In this document: in pieces, positions 33,937-44,551 of the stretch
Position numbering within the stretch: position 1 is the first letter of the stretch
How the letters are laid out: every line of letters begins with the position of its first letter
Assembly (NCBI GenBank): GCA_041664365.1
Contig: JBAYKW010000006.1
Location: 7,286 to 71,285, forward strand
DNA: 64,000 nt
Direction: 5' to 3'
Origin: Patescibacteria group bacterium
GTDB taxonomy: Bacteria; Patescibacteriota; Patescibacteriia; UM-FILTER-42-10
Notes under the pieces: generated by a model
Told to the model about the DNA's origin: nothing
Seen by the model: only the letters and a program-made list of their open reading frames with translations
Database searches by the model: none
Translations under genes and position numbers: made by a program

Positions 33937-35712
33937 ATGAATCCAAAAAACACAAAACATCGTTCAAAACAAAATAACCGGATCAGAGTTTATCGCGCAG
34001 ATACCGCCGAGATAAAGCAGGATAAAAAAGAAGAAATGAATAAAAGAGGCGAGCCGGTACTGAAAGTTATTGTCATGGGTGGAAATGAAGAAGTGGGTCG
34101 CAATATGACGATTCTGGAATACGGCAAGGACATTATTATCATTGATATGGGTCTGCAATTCCCCGAGGAAGATATGCCGGGGATTGATTATATTATCCCG
34201 AATATTTCTTACCTTAAGGGTAAAGAAAAAAATATTAAGGGGGTAATTATCACTCATGGTCACTATGATCATATCGGCGCTATTCCACATATCATGAATA
34301 AAATCGGAAATCCGCCGATTTATGGCAGTCCGTTAACACTCGGTATTATTGCCAAAAGACAGGACGATTTCAAACAAAGCGGAAAATTGAATCTGAATCC
34401 GGTCAGCAATAAGGATATTTTAACTATCGGCCGGTTTAAAATTGAATTCTTCGGCGTCAGTCATAATATCCCGGGGTCATTTGGCGTAATTGTTCATACT
34501 CCGGTTGGTCCGATCGTGCATACGGGAGACTTTAAACTGGATCTTCAGCCGGTCGGTGACGTGGAACCGGATATTGCCAAGATTGCCAGACTAGGTGAAA
34601 AAAATGTGCTGGCTCTATTGTGTGACAGTACCAACGCAACCCAGCCCGGTCATCAGTTCACTGAAACTGAAATCCAGGGGAATCTGGAAGATATTATCCG
34701 AATGGCTCAGGGCAGAATTATTGTCGGAACATTCGCCTCCCTGTTAATGAGGGTTCAGCAAATTATCCAGTTGGCGGAAAAATACAACCGCAAAGTTGTG
34801 ATTGACGGATACAGTATGAAAACAAATATTGAAATTGCTCAAAAGCTTGGGTACTTAAAAATCAACAAAGGCACTTTACTGCCAATGAGTGAATTACAAA
34901 ACTATCCAAGTCGCAGGATTCTGGTACTTTGCACTGGTGCTCAGGGTGAGGGTAGGGCAGTACTGATGCGTATCGCCAACCGCGAACATAAGGTGATCAG
35001 AATTGAGCCGGAAGACACGGTTGTATTTTCATCTTCCGTCGTACCGGGTAATGAAAGATCTGTTCAGAGACTGGTTGATACTCTGTACCGCGAAGGCGCG
35101 GAAGTAATCAACTATAAAATGATGGACATTCATGCGGGCGGACACGCGAAGCAGGAAGACCTTAAATTGATTATTAAACTGATCAATCCAAAATATTTTG
35201 TTCCGATTGAAGGCAATCATTCATTCTTGAAAGTCCATGCTAAAGTAGCAATGTCTGTCGGTTTTGATCCGAAGAAAATATTCGTCGCCGATAACGGACA
35301 AATCATGGAATTTACCAAGACAACCGGACGACTGACCTCAAAAAAAGTTCCATCTGATTATGTGTTTGTGGACGGGTTGGGCGTGGGTGATGTTTCCAAC
35401 GTGGTTCTACGTGATCGTCGGATGATGTCTGATGACGGTATGCTGGTTGTAATAGCCACAATCGATGCAAAGACCGGCAATCTGATCGGCAATCCGGATA
35501 TTATCTCCCGCGGGTTTGTATATATGAAGGAGAATAAAAAACTAATCTCAGATACCCGGGAAAAAGTGAAGAATTTGCTGAATGACAAACATCCGAATTC
35601 ATCGGCCAACGATGCTTACATAAAAAACAAAATCAGGGATGATATCGGTCAGTTCCTATTCAGCAAAACACAAAGGAGACCGATGGTTTTGCCGGTGGTG
35701 ATTGAGGTGTAA
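33937..35712 (+). CDS. rnj: Ribonuclease J (metallo-beta-lactamase / beta-CASP)
   Basis: HGHYDHIGA (HxHxDH), beta-CASP and C-terminal domain. The track start 33859 lies inside the tRNA fragment. Alternative start at MNKRGEPVLKV (34036). Confidence 0.85.
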   Translation: MNPKNTKHRSKQNNRIRVYRADTAEIKQDKKEEMNKRGEPVLKVIVMGGNEEVGRNMTILEYGKDIIIIDMGLQFPEEDMPGIDYIIPNISYLKGKEKNIKGVIITHGHYDHIGAIPHIMNKIGNPPIYGSPLTLGIIAKRQDDFKQSGKLNLNPVSNKDILTIGRFKIEFFGVSHNIPGSFGVIVHTPVGPIVHTGDFKLDLQPVGDVEPDIAKIARLGEKNVLALLCDSTNATQPGHQFTETEIQGNLEDIIRMAQGRIIVGTFASLLMRVQQIIQLAEKYNRKVVIDGYSMKTNIEIAQKLGYLKINKGTLLPMSELQNYPSRRILVLCTGAQGEGRAVLMRIANREHKVIRIEPEDTVVFSSSVVPGNERSVQRLVDTLYREGAEVINYKMMDIHAGGHAKQEDLKLIIKLINPKYFVPIEGNHSFLKVHAKVAMSVGFDPKKIFVADNGQIMEFTKTTGRLTSKKVPSDYVFVDGLGVGDVSNVVLRDRRMMSDDGMLVVIATIDAKTGNLIGNPDIISRGFVYMKENKKLISDTREKVKNLLNDKHPNSSANDAYIKNKIRDDIGQFLFSKTQRRPMVLPVVIEV

Positions 35713-35906
35713 TTAGTGTGAAGTTGACAACTGACGATTTATAGTGTATAATTGCTAGGTAAACATTAATTTAACCTAATGTTTAAGGAGGCAAACACAA
35801 AAAATAACAAATTGATTCAAGTTTTTTGTTATAAGGAATAAGCTGCTGCTACATAGCAGCTTTTTTATTTTATTAAATACGAATTAAATAATTAATAAAT
35901 AAGTAC

Positions 35907-38900
35907 ATGAAAAGTCTCAAAAAACTCGCCAAGTTTGGTGGTATCAGTTTTTTTGCGGTTGCATTACTTCTTTCCGGAGCGAATATTGCTGCTGCGGAAG
36001 ACTATCAAGATCCCCCTATAGATACGCGTGTCACTTCATTCACTGTTACTCCCGAATCGACGGCATTGGGAGCAACTACCACCTACAACATCAGTCTTAC
36101 TTTAAATACGGCAGTAGCGGAGATACCGCTTTGGACCAGCGGGACGGGTGTGCCATTAGGAATAAGTTTTAATACCAGCGGGGGATGTCCACCCGAAGTA
36201 GATTGGCAAGCCTGCGGAGTTGATTTATCAAATGCCGCAATCTCAGGCTTAGCTGGAAGTGTTATTCCTGATAGTTCTCAAAATTATATTTATTTTTTCG
36301 CCGATGATTCTCTGTCCGCCGGGACAATTAATTTCTCTATTACAGGTGTAAAGAATCCTTTATACGGTGGCGGTTTATTCTTCGGTAAAATACAAATTCA
36401 GTCACCGCAGTTGCCACCGGGAGAAATGTGGCCGGAAGCGACTTCACCTAATTTTATTTTGGGAGCCGTATCATTTTACGGCAAGGTGCTGACTCCGAGT
36501 GGAACTCCGATTAACGGAGTCGGTGTCAATGTACGCAATGATAACTTTTCGGTTAACAATAGCTCCGGCGCTGACCCGGACGGAAATTTTGCAATTCCTT
36601 CCACGGGTATGACAGCAGGCGGTGCATATTTTATTGAAATATGGCTGCCGAACGGTACTCAAGGATATATTGCTCCAAATGCCATTCAAAAAACTTATTC
36701 TGGTTCAGCGGAAAACGTCGGAACTATTACATTGGCTGTCGCATCAAAAACAATTACGGGAACGGTTAGTTATGACACCGGCGGAGCGGTGACAACAGCA
36801 AGTGTCAGAGCCTGGAATAATAATGGGGCAAGTTCCCAGGCGGATGTAAATGCTAGTGGTCAATATACTATGACAATCGGCGGTGGAACTTGGGAGCTGA
36901 TGATAGACAAGCAGTATGGACCAAATGGACCAGTAGAAACAGACTGGGTATATAATAATCAGCAAAAACAACAGATATCATTCGCAGACAATAATAGTAC
37001 TGAAGCACAAACAGTTAATTTTTCAGTGCAAAAAACAAACGCGGTTATTAAAGGATGCGTAAAAACTCCTGATGGCAATAAACTTCAAGGAGGCTGGGTG
37101 GACATCCGGTCCGGTGAGGGACAGGGAAACGGTGCCGGTATCGACGGTCAATCCGGTTGTTTTACTGCCAATGTCAAAGACGGGTCTTACAAGTTACAGG
37201 TATTTCCTAATAATCAGGATCCGAGCATGGCTAGATTCTATCTTCCTGAAAGAGATATATCAGTTGGAAATGGAGAAACTGTTAATCTTGGTAATCTGGT
37301 AATGCAAGAGAAAACTTCCCAAATTACCGGTAAGGTATCATTGCAGGATGGAACGGGTGTCGAGGGTATCCGAATCGGTTGTTGGCAGAATAACGGTTCC
37401 GGGTGGGGCGAAGCACAATCCGGTACAGACGGAACTTATTCTCTCTGGTTATCGCCGGGGAAATGGCAATGTGAGGCACAAACCTGGGGTGATTCCTTAT
37501 ATATTCCCATCCGCACAAGCGGTCCGATGAGCTTGTATGAATTAAATGCTAATCAAACAATCACTGGAGTAAATCATTTAGTCCAGATGGCGGATGCTAC
37601 ATTGACAGTAAAAACAGTTGATAAAGACGGCAAGGCAATTTCCGGCAATGCCTATGGCTGGGCTTATGCCAGAGTCAAAGGTTCAGGATATGAAAAGGGT
37701 TCAGAATTTGGCGGTAATCTTGATCGGGGTACAGCAAGTATTAAACTGATCGGCGGTAGTACATTCATTGTCGGTGCAAACATGCCACCGGACCAGGGCG
37801 GATATTTGCTTGATAAAGAAGTGGAAATTGCCGTTCCAAAAAACGGATCAAAAGAAGTAACGCTTACGTTGATTGTACCGGATGCCGAAATTTACGGATT
37901 CCTGAAAGATCAGGACGGCAAAGTGATAACCGGTGTTGAGGCTGATATATATGCCAACGTTGCGGATAAGATGGGTCCGAACAGTAATCCCGGTGCCTTT
38001 GCCAGAGTGAATACGAAAGACGGCAGTTATAGCCTGAAAGTACGCGGAGGATATAAATATGTTGTTGGATATTGGTTCCAGATGAACGACCAATTTGTTC
38101 AGACTCATCCGGATTATTCTCCATTTACGGTTTCAGTAGGCGGGCGAGTACCAAAAATCCTTACCGCGTTCCGTGCTAATTCGTCTGTTGATGTGACACT
38201 GCTCGATCCGAACGGCAAAAAAATTGATTTTGGATTTGTTTGGTGTTCTAATCAATTTTCCATGAAAGATAAAGTACGAGGGGATTTCGAGGGCGGTAAA
38301 GTAATTGAAGCGGGTGGTGATGTAAGAAATGGAATAGCGCATATTCCGCTGATCTCCGGCGAATATGAATGCGGAGCAGGTATGAAAAGCGGAGACAATT
38401 CCTATATGCCTCCGGAAAATGAAGCCATAAAACTGAAGTCCGGTGATGCTAAAAAAATATCATTAGAATTTCGTAACGCAGACGCCACGCTGTCAGGGTT
38501 AGTAACGCGTGATGATGGCGGTGCAGTGCCTTTCGGCTGGTGTCATGCCTGGCAGAATGAGGGTGGATTTTCAGGTGCCGAAGTGTTTGATGGTACGACC
38601 AGCATACCTCTGACAATTGGAACATGGTATGTCGGATGTGATTCAAAAATTGATGATTCCGATAAATTTTTCCGATCGGATGAAATGCAGGTAGTTGTTT
38701 CTGAAAAAGGAAAATTAAGCAAAGATTTTGTTCTGTCTGAAGCATCGTTCAGTATCCCGGAAGGATTGACCGTAGTCTTTGATTCAACAACACTGAAAAC
38801 TATTAATCTGCCGGACGGCACAAGCCTTTCTATTCCGGCAAATGCGCTGGCCACTGAGGGAGACGTCACAGTAATTGCTACGCCGAATGTGAATGTGTTC

Positions 38901-40268
38901 CAGACATCAGACACCAAGATTCCGTTCTATGCCTGGGACTTTGAGGCGCTTGATAGCAGTCAGCAACTGATAACTGAATTCAACAGTAATGTAACTATTT
39001 CCATTCCATATGATCAGGATATTCTGGAGGAATTGGGGATTGAAGAAGAAGGATTAGTCGCAAAGTATTACGATGACACTGCGGGTTCCTGGAAATTGCC
39101 GACCGGCGTTTCCCTGGATACGGAGGGTAATGTAATTGTCGTCCAGGTAAATCACTTTACAAACTACGCGGTTACAACGGGTGAATCCGTAGGTTCTGCA
39201 TCCGCTGAGAACGGTCCGTTTAACCTGGTTGCCACTCCAATGTCAGAAGGCGGTCCGCAGGTTGGCGTCTTCGATAAGGACGGCAACATGATCGCAACCT
39301 GGTTTGCTTATTCCTCTACACTGCGGATGGGTTTAACCACTGAAGTTGCTGATCTGGACGGGGATGGTAATCCGGAAATAATCACGATTCCGGGTGAAGG
39401 ATTTGACGCTCAGTTGCGTGTGTTCGATAAAAATGGAAACGTGTTGAGCCAATTTATGGCATATCCAACAGGATTCAGAAATGGTGTCAGCGTAACCGCA
39501 TATGATTTGGATGGCAACGGTGAAAAAGAGATTATTACTGTTCCCAAAGACGCGGCCGCTGATGTAAAAGTATTTGATCGTGACGGTAAACTGCTGGCCC
39601 GCTTCAATGCTTATGGTTCAGAATTTACCATGGGGGCAGAAGTTGAGGCAATGGATCTGGACGGTGATGGACAGGGTGAGATTGTCGCATATCCGACAGC
39701 CGGTTCCGGACAAGTTCGGGTATTCGACAAAGACGGCAATGTTGTAACTCAATTCAATACTTACGGTGAAGGTTATCGTAATGGCATTCACGTTACTCTT
39801 TCTGATCTGAATGGTGACGGTACGGTTGAAATTATTACTTCAACTAAAGACACTGTCGCACATGTTAAAGTATTCAACAAAGACGGCGGTCTTCTGGCCC
39901 AGTTTATGGGTTATGCCGCAACCTTTGTCGGCGGTACCAAAACCTATACCGGTGATGTTGATGGTGATGGTGACAAGGAAATAGTGTTACTGCCGGACAC
40001 CAATGGTTCCGCTCAAGCCAGAGTATTCGACAAAGACGGCAACCTGCTATCCCAATTCTTCGCCTACCCTTCAGACAGTAAAGGATCTTTCTCTGCCGCT
40101 GTCGGTGATCTGGACGGTAACGGAGTTGCTGAAATAAGCTTTGGTCCGGGATCAGGGCTGGGACCGCAAGTACGCGTATTCGACAAAGACGGCAATGCAC
40201 TGTCCCAGTTTTTCTCACTGCATTCCGGGTACCGTGGCGGTATCAATCTGTCGTTGATTAATCAATAA
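35907..40268 (+). CDS. Giant secreted surface protein: signal peptide, Ig/carboxypeptidase-regulatory-like beta-sandwich region, C-terminal FG-GAP/VCBS-type repeat beta-propeller
   Basis: N-terminal signal (FFAVALLLSGANIAAA). Nine or more tandem ~48-aa repeats (.VRVFDKDGN.L.QF.AY...F..G..V...DLDGDG..EI). 1453 aa. Confidence 0.7.
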   Translation: MKSLKKLAKFGGISFFAVALLLSGANIAAAEDYQDPPIDTRVTSFTVTPESTALGATTTYNISLTLNTAVAEIPLWTSGTGVPLGISFNTSGGCPPEVDWQACGVDLSNAAISGLAGSVIPDSSQNYIYFFADDSLSAGTINFSITGVKNPLYGGGLFFGKIQIQSPQLPPGEMWPEATSPNFILGAVSFYGKVLTPSGTPINGVGVNVRNDNFSVNNSSGADPDGNFAIPSTGMTAGGAYFIEIWLPNGTQGYIAPNAIQKTYSGSAENVGTITLAVASKTITGTVSYDTGGAVTTASVRAWNNNGASSQADVNASGQYTMTIGGGTWELMIDKQYGPNGPVETDWVYNNQQKQQISFADNNSTEAQTVNFSVQKTNAVIKGCVKTPDGNKLQGGWVDIRSGEGQGNGAGIDGQSGCFTANVKDGSYKLQVFPNNQDPSMARFYLPERDISVGNGETVNLGNLVMQEKTSQITGKVSLQDGTGVEGIRIGCWQNNGSGWGEAQSGTDGTYSLWLSPGKWQCEAQTWGDSLYIPIRTSGPMSLYELNANQTITGVNHLVQMADATLTVKTVDKDGKAISGNAYGWAYARVKGSGYEKGSEFGGNLDRGTASIKLIGGSTFIVGANMPPDQGGYLLDKEVEIAVPKNGSKEVTLTLIVPDAEIYGFLKDQDGKVITGVEADIYANVADKMGPNSNPGAFARVNTKDGSYSLKVRGGYKYVVGYWFQMNDQFVQTHPDYSPFTVSVGGRVPKILTAFRANSSVDVTLLDPNGKKIDFGFVWCSNQFSMKDKVRGDFEGGKVIEAGGDVRNGIAHIPLISGEYECGAGMKSGDNSYMPPENEAIKLKSGDAKKISLEFRNADATLSGLVTRDDGGAVPFGWCHAWQNEGGFSGAEVFDGTTSIPLTIGTWYVGCDSKIDDSDKFFRSDEMQVVVSEKGKLSKDFVLSEASFSIPEGLTVVFDSTTLKTINLPDGTSLSIPANALATEGDVTVIATPNVNVFQTSDTKIPFYAWDFEALDSSQQLITEFNSNVTISIPYDQDILEELGIEEEGLVAKYYDDTAGSWKLPTGVSLDTEGNVIVVQVNHFTNYAVTTGESVGSASAENGPFNLVATPMSEGGPQVGVFDKDGNMIATWFAYSSTLRMGLTTEVADLDGDGNPEIITIPGEGFDAQLRVFDKNGNVLSQFMAYPTGFRNGVSVTAYDLDGNGEKEIITVPKDAAADVKVFDRDGKLLARFNAYGSEFTMGAEVEAMDLDGDGQGEIVAYPTAGSGQVRVFDKDGNVVTQFNTYGEGYRNGIHVTLSDLNGDGTVEIITSTKDTVAHVKVFNKDGGLLAQFMGYAATFVGGTKTYTGDVDGDGDKEIVLLPDTNGSAQARVFDKDGNLLSQFFAYPSDSKGSFSAAVGDLDGNGVAEISFGPGSGLGPQVRVFDKDGNALSQFFSLHSGYRGGINLSLINQ

Positions 40269-40310
40269 ATTTAATTCTTCTCTAAGAAGAGAGAATCTAG
40301 AAATAAAAAT

Positions 40311-40336
40311 CCTCCGCAAAGCGGAGGGTTTTTATT
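40311..40336. terminator. Bidirectional rho-independent terminator CCTCCGCaaaGCGGAGG-TTTTTATT
   Basis: Perfect 7-bp stem. A-run 5' and T-run 3'. It lies between convergent genes ending at 40268 (+) and 40412 (-). Confidence 0.7.
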
Positions 40337-40411
40337 ATATAAGCATTTAAAAATAAAAAGTGGCCTGATAGATAAAGTCTCTACCAGGCCCACGAACTAT
40401 TGCGTACTGGG

Positions 40412-40933
40412 TTATTTCCCGAACAGCTTCTTGCGAAGCTCGTAGCTTTTCCCAGCAATACCATAGAAGACCACGTCTGCCATGATCTTCCCAACGAACA
40501 CTCCGACAAGCGGATTGCCGAAGAGTTTTTGCGCGCCGAGCATGCAGGCCGGCCGGATCAGCGAGCTGTCGAAGAACTCGGCGGGGCCGAATTCCAAGAC
40601 CAGGTTCCGGATCGTCCGCCAGATGATGCGCAAGAACGAGATGTCGTCCTTGCGGTGAAGACGGATCTCCCGAACGAAGGCGAATCCGTAGAATCCGACG
40701 TTCTCGCCAGCAGTGCCGGCGTAGGCGGTCGTGATCGGATTCGATGTGGACTGCTGGGCAATCAAGGCGCCAAGCATTGCCGTGATTGTTCCGCAAACCT
40801 CCTGCCAGCCATAGCGCTTAACCAGCATGATCAGGAACTGCCTGGTCTTGTATGGCATTGCTCGCAGAAATCGGACAGTTTGTTCAGCCGTCCCAAGTAA
40901 CCACCTGGTCAGCCCGTGCCTTAGTTTTGGCAC
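40412..40933 (-). CDS. Hypothetical protein, GC-rich (~56%) isolated cassette gene
   Basis: GTG start preceded by AAGGAGAGAG. 173 aa, no recognisable motifs. The antisense track ORFs 40400..40900(+) and 40347..40796(-) are considered artefacts of high GC. Confidence 0.45.
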   Translation of the reverse strand: MPKLRHGLTRWLLGTAEQTVRFLRAMPYKTRQFLIMLVKRYGWQEVCGTITAMLGALIAQQSTSNPITTAYAGTAGENVGFYGFAFVREIRLHRKDDISFLRIIWRTIRNLVLEFGPAEFFDSSLIRPACMLGAQKLFGNPLVGVFVGKIMADVVFYGIAGKSYELRKKLFGK

Positions 40934-41129
40934 TTCTCTCTCCTTAGGAAGGAGCAGTCCTAATTGTTAAATAGGGGTTCTACCCTATATTAACCAAACA
41001 ATATATCAGATATCCATGCAAATGTCAATACCAGTGGAGGTAAAAAATTAATTATGAGATTAGATTGGAAATATTATTTTTAATTGGAATATGTCGATTT
41101 TTTAAAAAAAATGTGTTAGACTGTAATAT

Positions 41130-42119
41130 ATGAAAGAAAAGAAATATATTTTTAGTGGCATTCAACCTTCGGGAGCAATCCATATAGGTAACTATTTTGG
41201 TGCTATAAAGCAGTGGGTTGAACTGCAAAAAGAATATACTGGGATTTTTAGCATTGTTGATTATCATGCCATTACGGTTGATTATGATCCGCATAAGCTC
41301 CAGAGGCGGATTTTAGAAGCGGCAGCAGACTATATTGCTGCCGGAATCGATCCTAAGAAAAGTATGATCTTTGTGCAATCAGATGTTCCGGAACATGTGG
41401 AACTGGCGTGGCTTTTTAATACTATTCTGCCGGTCTCTGAATTACGCCGTATGACTCAGTACAAGGAAAAATCCGGACAACAGCAGTCAGCAAGCGCGGG
41501 ACTTTTAAACTATCCTATCCTGATGGCGGCGGATATTCTGCTGTACAAAGCGATAGGCGTTCCGGTTGGAGAAGACCAGATTCAGCATGTAGAATTAACC
41601 CGTACGATTGCCCGAAATTTCAACCGGAAATTCGGCAAGGTATTTATTGAGCCGAGCGTGATTCTGTCGCGCGGGTCACGGGTAATGTCCTTGTCGGACC
41701 CCAAGAAAAAAATGAGCAAAAGTTTAGGTGAGAAACATTACATCGCGCTTTCTGATAGTCCCAGCGTGATGCGTAAGAAGTTTATGAGTGCGGTTACAGA
41801 TACAGGAGTAACAATGCACGAAAACAAAAAAAGCCCCGGGGTTTATAACCTTTTTGAATTGCTGGAACTGATGACGGATGCGCAGACTGTAGCGGGATTT
41901 GAAAAACAATATCAAACCGGCAGTCTTTCTTATAGAGATTTGAAAGAAACACTCGGTAATGCGGCGGTTGCGATGTTTGCGCCTTTCCAGAAAAAAAGAG
42001 CAGAATTATTATCGGACGAAAAAAAGCTGAAGAAGATATTGGCAGACGGTGCAAGTAGGGCGCGAAAAATCGCTCAAAAAACTTTACTTGAAGCAAAACA
42101 GAAGATGGGGATTGCCTAG
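41130..42119 (+). CDS. trpS: Tryptophan--tRNA ligase
   Basis: Class I HIGH variant (GAIHIGNYFG) and KMSKS. Confidence 0.9.
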   Translation: MKEKKYIFSGIQPSGAIHIGNYFGAIKQWVELQKEYTGIFSIVDYHAITVDYDPHKLQRRILEAAADYIAAGIDPKKSMIFVQSDVPEHVELAWLFNTILPVSELRRMTQYKEKSGQQQSASAGLLNYPILMAADILLYKAIGVPVGEDQIQHVELTRTIARNFNRKFGKVFIEPSVILSRGSRVMSLSDPKKKMSKSLGEKHYIALSDSPSVMRKKFMSAVTDTGVTMHENKKSPGVYNLFELLELMTDAQTVAGFEKQYQTGSLSYRDLKETLGNAAVAMFAPFQKKRAELLSDEKKLKKILADGASRARKIAQKTLLEAKQKMGIA

Positions 42120-42130
42120 TTAAAATACAA

Positions 42131-42158
42131 AGAGACGCTTTATCAGCGTCTCTTTTTG
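42131..42158 (+). terminator. Rho-independent terminator AGAGACGCtttatcaGCGTCTCT-TTTTG
   Basis: Read directly after the trpS stop. Confidence 0.6.
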
Positions 42159-42193
42159 TTTCCAGTTTTTACTTTTAATATTGAGTTTCAGAA

Positions 42194-43003
42194 TCAGCCC
42201 AGTCCTATCGTTTCTGCATTTATTTTTCTGCCTAAGTATTTTTGTGCTGCCGATTCAAACCTGGCGCTGTTTTCAGTAGTATAAAAAATTCTTTTTGGCG
42301 GTTGTGTTTGAGACGGTTTTGCAAATTGCGGATGCTTTTGTAGGTAGATTGCCAGTTTTTCGGCTACAATTTTTCCACTGTCCAAAACTTTAGCTCTTTT
42401 GCCGAAATAGTTTTGAATATCCTTCTGCAGCCAGCCATAATGCGTACAGCCCAAGATAACCGTATCAGGCTGGTAATTTTTCAACGGTCTGATATATTTT
42501 TTCAAAATCATTTTTGTCTCCGGACGTTTTTCCCAGTTTTCTTCAATTAGAGGCACTAGTAGTGGGCAAGCTTGCTGGACTACTTTAATTTTACGGTCTT
42601 CATTCTGCAATTCCCTGACATAAGATTTTGATTCTACTGTACTGCGGGTACCCATAACTGCTACCATCTTTTTTTTGGTTGTAATTGCCGCCTCTTCAGC
42701 CAGTGGCCTGATTACACCCAGGACGTTTTTGTCCGGATATTTTTTCGGTAAGTATTCCTGCTGCAGTTTTGGCAGTGCTTCAGCAGAAGTAGTGTTGCAG
42801 GCCAATATAATCAAATCACACCCTTGGGCAAACAGAAAATCCACAGCTTCTCTAGCATATTGATAGATTACTTCCTGACTGCGATTGCCGTACGGAGTAC
42901 GGGCGTTATCGCCGAGATAGATATAATCATATTGCGGCAGGGTTCCCTCTATATTTTTATAGATTGTCAGCCCACCAAATCCTGAATCAAAGATTCCTAT
43001 CAT
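42194..43003 (-). CDS. murI: Glutamate racemase
   Basis: IGIFDSGFGGLT N-terminal motif, conserved Cys-containing motifs (ILACNTTS; GCTHY). Confidence 0.9.
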   Translation of the reverse strand: MIGIFDSGFGGLTIYKNIEGTLPQYDYIYLGDNARTPYGNRSQEVIYQYAREAVDFLFAQGCDLIILACNTTSAEALPKLQQEYLPKKYPDKNVLGVIRPLAEEAAITTKKKMVAVMGTRSTVESKSYVRELQNEDRKIKVVQQACPLLVPLIEENWEKRPETKMILKKYIRPLKNYQPDTVILGCTHYGWLQKDIQNYFGKRAKVLDSGKIVAEKLAIYLQKHPQFAKPSQTQPPKRIFYTTENSARFESAAQKYLGRKINAETIGLG

Positions 43004-43015
43004 ATTTTTCCTTCT

Positions 43016-44503
43016 TTATACCCAACCTAATCGTCCGGTCAGGCTCATTACTTCTTTTCTGTCTAATTTGTCTTCAATCTCCGGGAACTGTTCCAGGAAA
43101 TCGGCAACAACATTTTTCATTTCGATAACCCGCTCCTTAGTATCTGCTTCAAAACGGACAGTAAGATACGGGCTGGTGTTGGATGCGCGAACGATCGCCC
43201 AGCTTTTATCATCAAAACTCATTCTTACGCCGTCGATTGTGATCGTTTTATATTGTTTGGAGAAATGCACCTGCACTTTTTTGATCACATCGAATTTAAC
43301 TTCATCAGCGCAGGGCAGTTTGAGCTCGGTAGTTCTGACAGTAACCGGGAAGTCTTTAAACAATGCGGAAAATGGCTCATTCGACTCCGCCAGCAGTTCC
43401 AGAATTCTGGCACCGGCATACATACCGTCTTCACTTCGGAACAGTTCTTTAACAAAATAGATGTGTCCGGATACTTCTCCGCCGAAGATGATATCGGGAT
43501 CCTTCCGGAACGTGTCTTTGATCGGCGCATGACCGGTAATATGCATCAGTGGTATTCCCCCGAATTTTGGAATCAGCTCTTCCATCAACCTGGTGCACTT
43601 AACATCATACAAAATTTTCTTTCCCGGATCGGTTTTCAAAGCTTCCCGCGCGAGCAGGAGAATCATCATATCGGTATCAACATATTCGCCGTTTTCATCC
43701 ACGAATCCTACCCGGTCGCCGTCCGCGTCCAGTCCGATCCCGCAATCCGCTTTCGTTTCCACGACTTTTCTGCCCAGCTCCTCCATATTGTTCGGCATTT
43801 CCGGATCCGGCACATGATTCGGGAAGGTCGCGTCCGGTGTGGTGTATAGTTCCACAACTTCGCAGCCGAGTTTGCGGAAAAACTGCGGGGCAAAAAGACC
43901 GGCACTGCCGTTACCGCAGTCAATTACAACCTTCAGTTTACGTTTAATGTTCAGTTTTTTTGTCATGAATTCCTCGTAATCCGGATATACTTCTTTCTTT
44001 TTCAGTACACCTTTTTCCGCCTGGATAAAGTCCTCTTTTTCCACCATTTCTCTGACCACCTGCAGTTCATCACCATAGATTGGCAATACACCCTTGCCGT
44101 TCATTTTAAAACCGTTATAGAAATATACGTTGTGACTACCTGTAACATTTACCCCGCCGTCAAATTCGTAAAAACCGTTGGCAAAATAAACCAGGGGAGT
44201 CAGCGCGATGCCGACATCGGTAACATCGCACCCGGTGGAAAGAATACCGTTAATGAACCCTTGAGTCAGTTCGTTGGAAAACGGGCGCAGTTCCTGCCCG
44301 ACCACGATATTTTTGCCGTTATATTTTCTTTGGATATAAGTTCCGTAAGCTTTGCCCAGTGCTTCGGCTACTTCCAGCGTAATATTAATCCCCGGGAAAG
44401 GGCCGTACCATTTTTCAAACTCTGCGATTGCATCTTTAGAAAATTCTTTTCCCGCGATGCCACGGATATCATACAGGCGGAAGATTGTTGGTGATACATT
44501 CAT
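43016..44503 (-). CDS. Phosphohexomutase (phosphomannomutase/phosphoglucomutase family)
   Basis: Active-site phosphoserine loop TGSHN, metal-binding DADGDR, sugar-binding GEVSGH. Confidence 0.85.
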   Translation of the reverse strand: MNVSPTIFRLYDIRGIAGKEFSKDAIAEFEKWYGPFPGINITLEVAEALGKAYGTYIQRKYNGKNIVVGQELRPFSNELTQGFINGILSTGCDVTDVGIALTPLVYFANGFYEFDGGVNVTGSHNVYFYNGFKMNGKGVLPIYGDELQVVREMVEKEDFIQAEKGVLKKKEVYPDYEEFMTKKLNIKRKLKVVIDCGNGSAGLFAPQFFRKLGCEVVELYTTPDATFPNHVPDPEMPNNMEELGRKVVETKADCGIGLDADGDRVGFVDENGEYVDTDMMILLLAREALKTDPGKKILYDVKCTRLMEELIPKFGGIPLMHITGHAPIKDTFRKDPDIIFGGEVSGHIYFVKELFRSEDGMYAGARILELLAESNEPFSALFKDFPVTVRTTELKLPCADEVKFDVIKKVQVHFSKQYKTITIDGVRMSFDDKSWAIVRASNTSPYLTVRFEADTKERVIEMKNVVADFLEQFPEIEDKLDRKEVMSLTGRLGWV

Positions 44504-44551
44504 ATTTTTTCGGATAAAATATGGCCGAGAAATTCCCGGTCATATTACTGA

